From Candidatus Binatia bacterium (lineage in GTDB: Bacteria; Methylomirabilota; Methylomirabilia; Rokubacteriales; CSP1-6): DNA of 64,000 nucleotides. Shown piece after piece: positions 7,413 through 19,119 of this stretch (the stretch's first letter is position 1; every line of letters begins with the position of its first letter). Below the pieces are notes generated by a model. That model did no database searches, was not told where the DNA came from, and worked only from the letters and a program-made list of their open reading frames with translations. The translations under genes were made by a program, and so were the position numbers. The stretch covers positions 1,190 through 65,189 of the forward strand of contig DASPZZ010000273.1 of NCBI GenBank assembly GCA_035635995.1, written 5' to 3'.

Positions 7413-9220
7413 CCGGCAACGCAGTCCTCCAGCTCGTGCTCTATATGGTCGTTCTCCTGGCACTGGCCAGGCCGCTCGGCGCCTTCATGGCGCGGGTGTA
7501 CGAAGGCCGACCGTGCGGGCTCGACACGGCGCTCGGCTGGCTCGAACGCCTCATCTATAAGGTCGCCGGCGTCCGGCCCGGCACGGAGATGGGCTGGAAG
7601 ACCTACGCCGGGACCATGCTCCTCTTCAACCTCGCCGGCCTCCTGGTGGTCTACGCGCTCCAGCGGCTGCAGGGCGCGCTGCCGCTGAATCCCCAGGAGC
7701 TCGGCGCGGTGTCGCCGGATTCGTCGTTCAACACCGCCGTCAGCTTCGCGACCAATACCAACTGGCAGGGCTACGGCGGCGAGACGACGATGAGCTACCT
7801 CACGCAGATGCTGGCGCTCGCCGTCCAGAACTTCGTGTCGGCGGCCACGGGCATGGCGGTCGTCGTGGCGCTGATCAGGGGATTTGCGCGCCGCTCGGCC
7901 GAGACGATCGGCAACTTCTGGGTGGACCTCACGCGGACCACCCTCTACATCCTGCTGCCGCTCTCGTTCGTCTTCGCGCTGGTTCTCGTGTCGCAGGGCG
8001 CGGTGCAGACCTTCGGCCCGCCGGCCAAGGCCGCCGTCGTACAGCCGACCGAGTACGACGAGCCCGTTGCCGACAAGGACGGCAAGCCGGTTCTCGACGA
8101 GAAGGGGCAGCCGAAGACCAAGAAGGCCAAGCTGACCGAGCAAGTCATCGCGGTGGGGCCGGTCGCGTCTCAAATCGCGATCAAGCAGCTCGGGACCAAC
8201 GGCGGCGGCTTCTTCAACGTGAACTCGGCGCATCCGTTCGAGAACCCGACGCCACTCTCGAACTTCCTCGAGCTGCTGGCTATTCTGCTCATCCCGGCCG
8301 CGCTCTGCTACACGTTCGGGGTGATGGTCGGGGACACGCGCCAGGGCTGGGCGGTGCTGGCGGCGATGACCGTCATCTTCGTGGGCCTGCTGGTCGTCTG
8401 CGTGGTCGCCGAGCAGAACGGCCACGTGTTCGTGAAGCAGGGCGTCGACCACACCGCCACCGCGCTTCAGTCGGGCGGCAACATGGAAGGCAAGGAAGTG
8501 CGGTTCGGCATCGCGAACTCGGCCCTCTGGGCGACCGCCACGACCTCGGCCTCGAACGGGTCGGTCAACGCCATGCACGACTCCTTCACACCAATCGGCG
8601 GGCTCGTGCCGATGTGGCTGATCCAGCTCGGCGAGGTCGTCTACGGCGGTGTCGGCTCCGGCCTCTACGGCATGCTGATGTTCGCCGTGATCGCCGTCTT
8701 CGTGGCCGGGCTGATGGTCGGCCGCACGCCGGAGTACCTCGGCAAGAAGATCGAGGCCTACGAGATGAAGATGTCGTCGCTGGTGATCCTCATCACGCCG
8801 GCGCTGGTGCTGATCGGCACGTCCATCGGCGTCGTCACCGCCGCCGGCAAGGCCGGGATCGCCAACCCCGGGATCCACGGGTTCAGCGAGATCCTCTACG
8901 CCTTCTCCTCGGCGTCCAACAACAACGGCAGCGCCTTCGCCGGGCTCTCCGCCAACACGCCGTTCTACAACACGGCGCTCGGGCTCTGCATGCTGTTCGG
9001 CCGGTACTGGCTCGCGATCCCCGTGCTCGCGATCGCGGGGTCGCTCGCGCGGAAGAAGATCGTCCCGGCCGGCGCCGGCACGCTGCCCACCCACACCCCG
9101 TTGTTCGTCGGGCTACTGGTCGGCGTGGTGCTCCTTGTCGGTGCGCTGACGTTCGTCCCGGCGCTGGCGCTCGGGCCGATCGTGGAGCATCTCAACCTGA
9201 TCGCGGCCCAAGTGAGGTGA
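7409..9220 (+). CDS. kdpA: K+-transporting ATPase subunit A
   Basis: Track ORF of 603 aa. Polytopic, with the KdpA pattern ([29 protein letters not shown]). Confidence 0.95.
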   Translation: MTGNAVLQLVLYMVVLLALARPLGAFMARVYEGRPCGLDTALGWLERLIYKVAGVRPGTEMGWKTYAGTMLLFNLAGLLVVYALQRLQGALPLNPQELGAVSPDSSFNTAVSFATNTNWQGYGGETTMSYLTQMLALAVQNFVSAATGMAVVVALIRGFARRSAETIGNFWVDLTRTTLYILLPLSFVFALVLVSQGAVQTFGPPAKAAVVQPTEYDEPVADKDGKPVLDEKGQPKTKKAKLTEQVIAVGPVASQIAIKQLGTNGGGFFNVNSAHPFENPTPLSNFLELLAILLIPAALCYTFGVMVGDTRQGWAVLAAMTVIFVGLLVVCVVAEQNGHVFVKQGVDHTATALQSGGNMEGKEVRFGIANSALWATATTSASNGSVNAMHDSFTPIGGLVPMWLIQLGEVVYGGVGSGLYGMLMFAVIAVFVAGLMVGRTPEYLGKKIEAYEMKMSSLVILITPALVLIGTSIGVVTAAGKAGIANPGIHGFSEILYAFSSASNNNGSAFAGLSANTPFYNTALGLCMLFGRYWLAIPVLAIAGSLARKKIVPAGAGTLPTHTPLFVGLLVGVVLLVGALTFVPALALGPIVEHLNLIAAQVR

Positions 9221-9228
9221 CGAGGGTC

Positions 9229-11301
<2,073 letters not shown>

Positions 11302-11314
11302 AGGAGCCGACGAC

Positions 11315-11902
11315 ATGCTTGCTCACGTGCGCGCCGCGATCGTGTCGCTCGTTCTTCTGTCGGTCGTCACCGGCATCGTCTACCCGGCGGTCGTCACGGC
11401 CATCGCCCAGGCGGTCTTTCCCCACCAGGCGAACGGCAGCCTGATCGTGAAGGACGGCAAGGCCGTGGGCTCGGCGCTCATCGGCCAGCCCTTCGACGAT
11501 CCGAGATATTTCTGGGGGCGTCCGTCGGCGACCTCGCCGTTCGGTTACAACGCCGGCGCCTCGGCGGGCTCGAACCTGAGCCCGACGAATCCCGATCTGA
11601 TCAAGGCGGTGCAGGGGCGCGTCGACGCGCTCCGCGAGGCCGATCCCGGCAACACGGCGCCGGTTCCGGTCGATCTCGTCACCGCCTCGGGGAGCGGGCT
11701 CGATCCCCACATCAGTCCCGCCGCGGCGCTCTACCAGGTCGCGCGGGTCGCGAAGGCACGCAAGCTGGACCCGGCGGCGGTGCGGGAGCTGGTGACGCAG
11801 CACACCCAGGGACGCTTCCTCGGGATGCTCGGCGAACCGGGCGTGAACGTGCTCGCCCTGAACCTGGCGCTGGACGCGAGCGGGGCAGGTGCGGCGAGAT
11901 AG
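11315..11902 (+). CDS. kdpC: K+-transporting ATPase subunit C
   Basis: Track ORF of 195 aa with an N-terminal TM helix and the KdpC pattern ([20 protein letters not shown]). Confidence 0.95.
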   Translation: MLAHVRAAIVSLVLLSVVTGIVYPAVVTAIAQAVFPHQANGSLIVKDGKAVGSALIGQPFDDPRYFWGRPSATSPFGYNAGASAGSNLSPTNPDLIKAVQGRVDALREADPGNTAPVPVDLVTASGSGLDPHISPAAALYQVARVAKARKLDPAAVRELVTQHTQGRFLGMLGEPGVNVLALNLALDASGAGAAR

Positions 11903-12018
11903 CTCGTGAAGAAGAGGTGGTCGTCGCCGCTGGACGACGCCATCCGCATCCGGACGGGCGAGCGCGGCGACGAAGTCGTCTGAAAACGCCCGCAGTCCCT
12001 GTAGACTGAAGGACTGCG

Positions 12019-13368
12019 ATGAGCGAATCCGAAACCGACCGACTGCTCGACGCGACGCGGAAGCTCGCCCGAGGGACGGCAGACGCCCGCGAAAGGGCGC
12101 TGTTCGAGGAGGCGCATCCGGCCGACCTCGCCGCCGTGCTCCGCCAGCTCCCGCTCGCCGACCAGGTCGCCATCCTCCGCGCGCTGCCGCGGGAGCGAGC
12201 CGGCGACCTCATCCCCGAGCTCGATGACCGAGCTCTGCTCGATCTGGTGCGGGTGCTCGACGAGGTCGAGGTCTCGCAGATCCTCGACGAGATGCCCGCC
12301 GAGCACGCCGCTGACGTCGTCGAGGAGCTGTCCACCGCCCAGGCGGAAAAGATCCTCGGGCTCATGCAGGAGGCGAAGTCCGAAGAGGTCCAGGAGATCC
12401 TCGAGTATCCCGAGCACTCGGCGGGCCGGCTCATGTCGCCGGACTTCGTGGCCGTGCGCGCCGACGCCTCGGTCGAGCATGCGATCAAGCACATCCGCGA
12501 TTCGGTCTCCTCGGAGCGGGCTTTCGAGCTGTACGTCGTGGACGAGCATAAGCACCTGGTGGGCGTGGTGCCGCTGCGGCGCCTGCTCACCGCCGATCCC
12601 ACCACCCCGGTGTTCGCGATCCGCGACGAGAACGTCATCAGCGTGACCCCCGAGATGGACCAGGAAGAGGTCGCGCGGATCGTGGCGAAGTACGACCTCG
12701 TGGCGATCCCGGTGGTGGACAAGCACAATCACCTGGTCGGCACCATCACCGTCGACGACGTCGTCGACATCGTGCACGAGGAGGCCTCGGAGGACATCTT
12801 CCGCATGGCCGGATCGGACGCCGCCGAGCTGGAGCGGCGGTCGCCGCGTCAGGTGGCGCTGATGCGGCTGCCCTGGGTGCTGGCCACCCTCGTGATCGAG
12901 CTGCTGGCCGGCGTGATCATCCACTACTTCGATCAGACGCTGAGCAAGGTCATCCTGCTCGCCTCGTTCATGCCGGTGATTCAGGCGATCTCCGGGAACA
13001 CCGGGCTCCAGTCGGTGACGATGGTGGTCCGCGGTCTTGCGACCGGGCAGGTGCGGGTCGGCCACTGGGGGGAGCCGCTCCGGCGCCAGGTCCAGACCTC
13101 GAGCATCCTCGGCGGTATCTGCGCGCTCGTCGTGGGCGTCGTCGGGTGGGTCTGGCACTCGCCGGCCTTCGCGTGCGTGGTGGCCCTCTCGATGTTCATC
13201 TCCGTGAATCTTTCGGGCTTCGCCGGGACGACGATCCCCATGCTGTCCAAGAGCCTCGGGTTCGATCCGGCGATCACCGCGGGCCCCTTCGAGACGGCCT
13301 TTCAGGACGTCCTGGGTGTGACGATCTTCCTCTCGCTGGCGACCGCGCTCCTGCACTGGCTCACCTGA
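12019..13368 (+). CDS. mgtE: magnesium transporter MgtE
   Basis: Track ORF of 449 aa: MgtE N-domain, CBS pair (SAGRLMSPDFVAV...; VVDKHNHLVGTITVDDVVDIV) and a C-terminal 5-TM domain. Confidence 0.9.
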   Translation: MSESETDRLLDATRKLARGTADARERALFEEAHPADLAAVLRQLPLADQVAILRALPRERAGDLIPELDDRALLDLVRVLDEVEVSQILDEMPAEHAADVVEELSTAQAEKILGLMQEAKSEEVQEILEYPEHSAGRLMSPDFVAVRADASVEHAIKHIRDSVSSERAFELYVVDEHKHLVGVVPLRRLLTADPTTPVFAIRDENVISVTPEMDQEEVARIVAKYDLVAIPVVDKHNHLVGTITVDDVVDIVHEEASEDIFRMAGSDAAELERRSPRQVALMRLPWVLATLVIELLAGVIIHYFDQTLSKVILLASFMPVIQAISGNTGLQSVTMVVRGLATGQVRVGHWGEPLRRQVQTSSILGGICALVVGVVGWVWHSPAFACVVALSMFISVNLSGFAGTTIPMLSKSLGFDPAITAGPFETAFQDVLGVTIFLSLATALLHWLT

Positions 13369-13496
13369 GCCGGCGGCGACGGGCCAGCCGACCCAGCCTC
13401 TACCGGGCGACTTCCTCCAGCTTCTCGTCGCCCAGGCCGGGCTCGTCGGCCTCGAGTCGCACATGGACCCGCCGGCGCCGAGCGTGACACGTCGAG

Positions 13497-13545
13497 CCTC
13501 AAGCCGGCGTCAAGAACACGCGGGCCGACGTTAAGAATTCGTAAA
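13497..13545 (-). promoter_or_regulatory. third copy of the phased-hexamer array (TTTACG-N5-TTAACG-N15-TTGACG-N5-TTGAGG)
   Basis: Read directly. Same 11/21/11 spacing. Shares a 15-nt and an 8-nt identical block with the 6912-6949 copy. Lies 55 nt upstream of the kimA-like ATG but in the inverted orientation. Confidence 0.4.
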
Positions 13546-13600
13546 AATCGAGTTCCGCGGCGCCACCCGCTTGCGCTCGGCGTAGAGTTCTTCCTGGCGT

Positions 13601-15427
13601 ATGCGACTTACCCTCGTGAAGCGCCTCCTCCTCGGCGCGCCGATGCCGCTCGCCCAGGCCCGGCACGAGCGCCTGAGCAAGACGGTCGCGCTCGCGGTGT
13701 TCGCCTCCGACCCGCTGTCGTCGGTGGCCTACGCGACCGAGGAAATCCTGCTGGTGCTCATCCTCGCCGGCAGCGCCGCCCTCAGCTACTCGCTGCCCGT
13801 GGCCCTCGGCATCGCCGCGCTGCTGGCCGTGGTGGTCACCTCGTACCGGCAGACGGTCGCGGCGTACCCGCAGGGAGGCGGCGCCTATCTCGTCGCGAAG
13901 GACAACCTCGGCCAGTACCCGGCGCTGACGGCAGCCGCGGCGTTGCTGGTGGACTACGTGCTGACCGTCTCCGTGTCCGTCGTCGCCGGCATCGCGGCCC
14001 TGACCTCGGCGCTGCCCTGGCTTCATCCCTACCGGGTCGTCCTGAGCATTCTAGCGGTAACCGGGATAGCGCTGGGAAACCTCCGCGGTGTTCGGGAATC
14101 CGGCCGGATGTTCGCCGCGCCCACCTACTTCTTCGTGGCGAGCATGCTCGTCATGATCGCCTACGGCCTCGTCGGCGCCTTGTTCGACTGGCTGCCCGAG
14201 GCTCCGTACGAGCCCCATCCGCCGGGTCTCGAGGGCGTCGGCCTGTTCCTGCTCCTGAGAAGCTACGCCGCCGGTTGCACCGCGCTGACCGGAGTCGAGG
14301 CCGTCTCCAACGGCGTCCAGGCGCTCAAGCCTCCCGAAGGACGGAACGCTCAGACCGTCATGACGGCGCTCGGCATCATCTCGATCGCGATGTTCCTCGG
14401 GATCACGTATCTCGCGTACGATTTCGGGATCATCCCGGGCGGCGCCGAGACCGTCGTGTCGAAGATCGCGCGCCGGGTCTTCGGCACCGGGGCGCTCTAT
14501 TACTGCGTGCAGGCCTCGACGCTCCTCATCCTCGTCCTCGCCGCCAACACCTCGTACGCCGACTTCCCGCGCCTCTCGTCGATCCTCGCGCGCGACCGCT
14601 TCGTACCACGACAGTTCGCGAATCAGGGCGATCGGCTCGTCTTCTCCAACGGGATCCTGATCCTGAGCGGATTCGCGATCATCCTGATCGTGGTCTTCCA
14701 GGGCGACACGCACGCGCTCCTGCCGCTCTACGCGATCGGCGTCTTCATCTCGTTCACGCTGTCACAGAGCGGCATGGTGCGGCGCTGGCTGCGCCTTCGG
14801 GAAAAGGGCTGGCGCTGGCGCGTGCGGGTCAATGGGGTCGGGGCGGTGGTGACCGGCGTCGTCCTCCTGACGCTCGCGGCCACGAAGTTCGCCGAGGGCG
14901 CCTGGATCGTCGTCGTCGTCGTTCCGCTGCTGGTCGGGACCTTCGTCGTCATGCACCGGCACTACGAAGAGGTCGCCGTCGAGTTGACGCTCGACGGCCT
15001 CGAGGCCCCGCCCCGGTTCCAGCACACGGTGCTCGTGCTCATCGGCGACGTTCACCGGGGGGTCGTCCGCGTGGTGCAGTACGCGCGGACGCTTGCCCCG
15101 ACCGCCGCGGTGCGGGCCGTCTACGTCGAGACGGACCCGGTGCGAACGGCGAAGCTCGAGGAGAAGTTGGGCAAGTGGGGACTCGGCGTTCCCCTGGTCG
15201 TCCTGACCTCGCCGTATCGGTCGCTCCTGCGTCCGCTGCTGGACTATCTCGACCAGATCCAGGCACGCGGCGACGAGCAGATGGTCACGATCGTGCTCCC
15301 GGAGTTCTTGCCGCGGCACTGGTGGCAGCACATCCTGCACAACCAGACGGCCCTGCTCATCAAGGGCGCGCTGCTCTTCCGTAAGAACACGGTCGTCGCC
15401 GACGTCCCGTATCTCTTGAAGCGCTGA
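13601..15427 (+). CDS. kimA: KimA-type K+/H+ symporter (APC superfamily with C-terminal cytoplasmic domain)
   Basis: Track ORF of 608 aa. From memory it is colinear with B. subtilis KimA (YdaO): KRLLLGAPMP...LSKTVALAVFASDPLSSVAYATEEIL, YRQTVAAYPQGGGAYLVAKDNLG, and the C-terminal ...SPYRSLLRPLLDYL...LPEFLPRHWWQHILHNQTALLIK. Confidence 0.85.
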   Translation: MRLTLVKRLLLGAPMPLAQARHERLSKTVALAVFASDPLSSVAYATEEILLVLILAGSAALSYSLPVALGIAALLAVVVTSYRQTVAAYPQGGGAYLVAKDNLGQYPALTAAAALLVDYVLTVSVSVVAGIAALTSALPWLHPYRVVLSILAVTGIALGNLRGVRESGRMFAAPTYFFVASMLVMIAYGLVGALFDWLPEAPYEPHPPGLEGVGLFLLLRSYAAGCTALTGVEAVSNGVQALKPPEGRNAQTVMTALGIISIAMFLGITYLAYDFGIIPGGAETVVSKIARRVFGTGALYYCVQASTLLILVLAANTSYADFPRLSSILARDRFVPRQFANQGDRLVFSNGILILSGFAIILIVVFQGDTHALLPLYAIGVFISFTLSQSGMVRRWLRLREKGWRWRVRVNGVGAVVTGVVLLTLAATKFAEGAWIVVVVVPLLVGTFVVMHRHYEEVAVELTLDGLEAPPRFQHTVLVLIGDVHRGVVRVVQYARTLAPTAAVRAVYVETDPVRTAKLEEKLGKWGLGVPLVVLTSPYRSLLRPLLDYLDQIQARGDEQMVTIVLPEFLPRHWWQHILHNQTALLIKGALLFRKNTVVADVPYLLKR

Positions 15428-15551
15428 GCAGAAGCTTCGCTGACCCGCCGTCCCGCGCCGGTCGCGATCCGGTGGTCACGCCTTCTGGGGAATGAATGCG
15501 TTGGGGATCACCTCACGACATCCTTCTGCACGCGGCCAATGCCGTCCTCGC

Positions 15552-18500
15552 CTACTCGGCGGGGGGCTCGCCCAGGCGGTCGAGCAGCTCCTCGGCGCGG
15601 CCGATGTACACCGCGGCGTTCACGGTGGTGAACTCGTGGCGCGCCTGGGACGCCTGGGCGATGGCCGCGCAGAGGTCGCCGCGCGCGTGCGCGAGATGGG
15701 CAAGGTCGAGCCGCGTGCGCGCGACTTCGAAGCGCGCGCCGTTCACGCTGAAGATTTCGAGGGCCCGTTGAAGGTGGCTGGCGGCATCGCTGAGCGAGCC
15801 TGCCGCCAGCGCGGTTCGGCCGAGGCTTCCCTCAGCGTATCCGATGCTGTGCGGGTATCCCGCGTCTCGCGAGAGCGCGAGGCCTTGCTCGCCGAGCGCC
15901 CGCGCCTTCTCGAGCCGGCCGGCGCTGCGCTCGGCCTCGCCGAGGATGGCCGTGAAGAGCCCGTGGAACTGACGGAATCCGAACCGGGCCAGCGCGCGCA
16001 CTGACTCCTCCAGCAGCGGGATCGCGCGCCCCGGGTCCCCCTTCTCGAGCCACACGTAGCCGAGGAACGCGCGGGCGACAGCGCGGTTGAGCGGGTCGGG
16101 CGCCACCTTGAGGGCGCCCTCGCAGGCCCGCAGGCCTTCGCCCCAGTCTCCGCGCATGCCGTGGGCGATCCCGGTCATCCAGGACGCGCAGCTCCGGAGC
16201 CGCGGGTCGCCGAGCGTCTCGGCAATGGCCGAGGCCTGGCCTTCGGCCGCCAGCACCCGGGCGAACTCCCCGGCGTGGTACCAGTTGATGCCCAGGTGGA
16301 AGTACGAGGTCGCCAGCCACCGCGGATCGGCCGGGCTCTCGAGCAGCGTGATCGCCCGCTCGGCCTGGTCCACGCCACGCGCATACTGTCCCGCCCAGGC
16401 GGCCTCGATCGCGAGCATGCAGTGCGCCATGCCCTGGAGGACCACGTCGCCGGCGCGCGTCGCCTCGTCCAGAGCGCGCTCGAGGCTGGCCACGGCCCGG
16501 GAGTGGTCACCGAGGAAGCTCAGGACATAGCCGACCCGGAAGTGGTAGCGGGCGGCGAGGGCTGGATCGGCCAGGCGGGCGGCGCGCTCTCGGTGCTGCA
16601 CCAGGAGATCGAGGCTCTCGGGCAGCCTGCCCAGGAAGCTCAGCGACGCGGCCTGGCGCACGACGAGGTCCACGATGAGCGCGTCCCGGCCGTCCTCGGG
16701 GAGCTTGGCGGCGTGGGCCAGCGCTGCCCGGCGGGCGGCCACCGCCTCCTCGAGGGCATGGCTGCGCGCGGCCTGGTCCGCGACCCCGGCCAGGGAGCGC
16801 ACGGCCTTGGGCCACACCTCGGCCTGCACGTAGTGGGTCGCCAGCGCAGCGTGGTGCGGCTCGAGGTCGTCGCCGTGGAGGGCCTCCAGCGCCGAGGCGA
16901 CCTGACGGTGGAGCAGCCTCCGTCGTGGCGGCAACAACCGATCCGAGACCACCTCGCGAATGCGCTCGTGCATGAGACCGAAGCGCTCCCCTGCTACCAT
17001 CAGGATATGCCGGCGGACGAGCTCCTCGACCCCGTGGGCCGCGCTTCGCTCGTCGAGCCCGGAGGCCTGGTGCAGCAGCGCGAACTCGAACTCGCGTTCG
17101 ATCACCGCCGCGACCTGGGCGAGCGCCTGGCCGCGGTCGCTGAGCCGGTCGAGCCTCCGGGCGATCATGTCCCGGACGCGACCCGGGAGTGACAGCCTTC
17201 CCTGACCGGGAACGGCGCCGCGCTCGCTGATGGCCCGCATGGTCTCGAGCACGATGAACGGATTGCCCTCGCTGGCGCCCCAGATCTCGTCGCCCTGCTG
17301 GGTCAGGAGGGCGGCTGCGGTGTTCGGCCGCGCCAGCACGCCCACCAGCGCCAGCGTCGCGTCGCGTCCGAGGCGACTCAAGGTCACACGCAACAGCCGA
17401 TCCTCGGTGGCGAGCTCTTCGAGCGTGCGGTGAAGCGTCGAATCGGGAAGCACCTCTTCATCGCGAACGCTGATCGCCAGCAAGATGGGCGCCGAATGCA
17501 GGCGGCGCGCGCAGAACGCGAGAAAGCGCAGTGTCATGTCGTCGGCCCAGTGGCAGTCTTCCAGGAGGACCACGAGCGGTCGATCAAGCGCGATGCGCCG
17601 GAGCAGGTGGGCCAGAGCCTCGAAGAGGCGCAGCTGGTCGGGGGGGCCCGTCTCCAGCGGCCGGCCGGTGCCGGCGATCTCGGGCAAGAGGCGCGCCAGC
17701 TCCGCGCGCCAGGCGCCCTCCAGGCCGTCGAGGAGTTGAGGATTGGTCAAGACGCCGCCGTCGCGCAGCGCGCTGATCACGGGCCCCAAGGGCAGGATTT
17801 GCTCGCTCTCGTACGCGCGCCCGAGCACGATCCCGCCGCCGCGGCGGCCGGCCTCGGCGGCCAGCTCCGCCAGCAACCGGCTCTTGCCGATGCCGGCCTC
17901 ACCGATGACGGCAACGACTCGGCCGCCGCCGGTCCACGCCTCACCGAGAGCGTCGCGCAGGCGCCCGAGCTCGACCTCGCGCCCGACGAGTGGCGGGTCG
18001 GAAGGGTTGATACCGATCGATGGCGTCGCCTCGCGGACGCGACGCTGCCGGAGGATCTCCTGGTACAGCTCTTTCGTCTCGGACTCCGGCTCGACGGCCA
18101 GCTCCCGGCGGAGGATCTCGACGCACTCCTGGTACTGGCGCAGCGCGGTGTCGCGCCTGCCGAGCTGGACATAAAGGCGCATGAGCGAGCGGTGCACGGC
18201 CTCTTGGAGCGGATCGAGGGCGAGAAGCCGAATCGCTGACTGAATTGCCGGGGCGGTGGTGCCGGCCGCCCGTTGATGGGCGAGGAGCCGCGCGAAGGCT
18301 TCGAGGGCGAGCTCCCGCAGCCGTTCGCGCTCGCTCATGAGCCAGTCCTCGAAGGTCGGCGCGACGACCCCGAGGCCGGCCAGGAGATCGCCGCGGTAGA
18401 GGCCGGCGGCACGGTCGAGCCCGGACGGCGTGCTCTCGGCCACGGCCCGCTCGAACGCCACGACGTCCGTTTGCACCGCGCCGGCGGCCAGGGTGATCGC

Positions 18501-18770
18501 GTCGCCTCTCATGACGAGGCCACCGCGCGCGGCGGGACTGAGCGCCTTGCGAAGCACGAAGAGCGTCTGGCGCAGGGCGTTCCGGGCGGAGGCTGGCGGG
18601 GTGTCGGGCCAGAGCAGCGCGGCCAGCTTGTCCCGGGGATGCGTTTGGTCCGCGGTGAGGGCCAGATAAGCGAAGAGGGCCTGGGCCTTCCTGGTGGGCA
18701 CGGCGATCGGCGAGCCGGAGCCGATCCTCGCCTCGAACCCCCCAAGTAGCGACAGCATCAGCTGGTTCAT
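15552..18770 (-). CDS. SARP-family regulator with BTAD, AAA/NB-type ATPase and TPR domains (AfsR-like, STAND architecture)
   Basis: Track ORF of 1072 aa. N-terminal OmpR-like winged helix (RKAQALFAYLAL...ARNALRQTLFVLRKAL). BTAD domain (DPLQEAVHRSLMRLYVQLGRRDTALRQYQECVEILRRELAVEP). Walker A GEAGIGKSRLL. C-terminal half rich in TPR-like repeats. Confidence 0.85.
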   Translation of the reverse strand: MNQLMLSLLGGFEARIGSGSPIAVPTRKAQALFAYLALTADQTHPRDKLAALLWPDTPPASARNALRQTLFVLRKALSPAARGGLVMRGDAITLAAGAVQTDVVAFERAVAESTPSGLDRAAGLYRGDLLAGLGVVAPTFEDWLMSERERLRELALEAFARLLAHQRAAGTTAPAIQSAIRLLALDPLQEAVHRSLMRLYVQLGRRDTALRQYQECVEILRRELAVEPESETKELYQEILRQRRVREATPSIGINPSDPPLVGREVELGRLRDALGEAWTGGGRVVAVIGEAGIGKSRLLAELAAEAGRRGGGIVLGRAYESEQILPLGPVISALRDGGVLTNPQLLDGLEGAWRAELARLLPEIAGTGRPLETGPPDQLRLFEALAHLLRRIALDRPLVVLLEDCHWADDMTLRFLAFCARRLHSAPILLAISVRDEEVLPDSTLHRTLEELATEDRLLRVTLSRLGRDATLALVGVLARPNTAAALLTQQGDEIWGASEGNPFIVLETMRAISERGAVPGQGRLSLPGRVRDMIARRLDRLSDRGQALAQVAAVIEREFEFALLHQASGLDERSAAHGVEELVRRHILMVAGERFGLMHERIREVVSDRLLPPRRRLLHRQVASALEALHGDDLEPHHAALATHYVQAEVWPKAVRSLAGVADQAARSHALEEAVAARRAALAHAAKLPEDGRDALIVDLVVRQAASLSFLGRLPESLDLLVQHRERAARLADPALAARYHFRVGYVLSFLGDHSRAVASLERALDEATRAGDVVLQGMAHCMLAIEAAWAGQYARGVDQAERAITLLESPADPRWLATSYFHLGINWYHAGEFARVLAAEGQASAIAETLGDPRLRSCASWMTGIAHGMRGDWGEGLRACEGALKVAPDPLNRAVARAFLGYVWLEKGDPGRAIPLLEESVRALARFGFRQFHGLFTAILGEAERSAGRLEKARALGEQGLALSRDAGYPHSIGYAEGSLGRTALAAGSLSDAASHLQRALEIFSVNGARFEVARTRLDLAHLAHARGDLCAAIAQASQARHEFTTVNAAVYIGRAEELLDRLGEPPAE

Positions 18771-18797
18771 GGCTGCTCCACCGACCTCAGCCGGCCC

Positions 18798-18831
18798 TCT
18801 AACGATTCCCTAACGCTCGGCGAACTATAAG
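18798..18831 (+). promoter_or_regulatory. direct heptamer repeats (TCTAACG / CCTAACG, 11-bp phasing) plus -10-like TATAAG; putative SARP box and promoter
   Basis: Read directly in the divergent intergenic region. Repeats at 18798-18804 and 18809-18815. TATAAG at 18826-18831, 10 nt after repeat 2 and 17 nt before the 18848 ATG. Confidence 0.35.
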
Positions 18832-18847
18832 CGCCCACGGGAGACAC

Positions 18848-19048
18848 ATGATGACCCCGGGGGGTGACCGGCCGCAAGCCGTCTTCATCGTGCGATTGGC
18901 CCGGGACGGGGCCGGGAAGGTCGCCGGCGTCGTCGAGCGTGTTCGGAACGGACAGAAGGAACGCTTCACCGCGCTCGAGGAGGTCGGAGCGATCGTCGCG
19001 CAGATGCTGGCCGACGACGAGGCCGAGGCAACCGCGCGTCAGGTTTAG
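18848..19048 (+). CDS. 66-aa hypothetical protein upstream of the RHS gene
   Basis: Track ORF with GGGAGA upstream. Reasonable amino-acid composition (AVFIVRLARDGAGKVAGVVERVRNGQKERFTALEEVGAIVAQML). No family recognised. Confidence 0.5.
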   Translation: MMTPGGDRPQAVFIVRLARDGAGKVAGVVERVRNGQKERFTALEEVGAIVAQMLADDEAEATARQV

Positions 19049-19119
19049 GCAGCAGGCGAGGCCGTGGGCCGACACTGAGCCGGCCTGGTCCTCGAGAGCG
19101 CAAGAGGAGGGCCCTTCTA

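Noticed and set aside
11903-12018. M-box (Mg2+) riboswitch upstream of mgtE.
   Set aside because: Only 116 nt are available, against about 160 nt needed, and no M-box-like conserved helices are visible. Only a simple SD-proximal hairpin is present.
14975-14998. 9-bp inverted repeat GCCGTCGAG-ttgacg-CTCGACGGC containing a TTGACG hexamer.
   Set aside because: It lies inside the kimA coding sequence, is a single hexamer without phased partners, and is most simply a chance palindrome in G+C-rich coding DNA.
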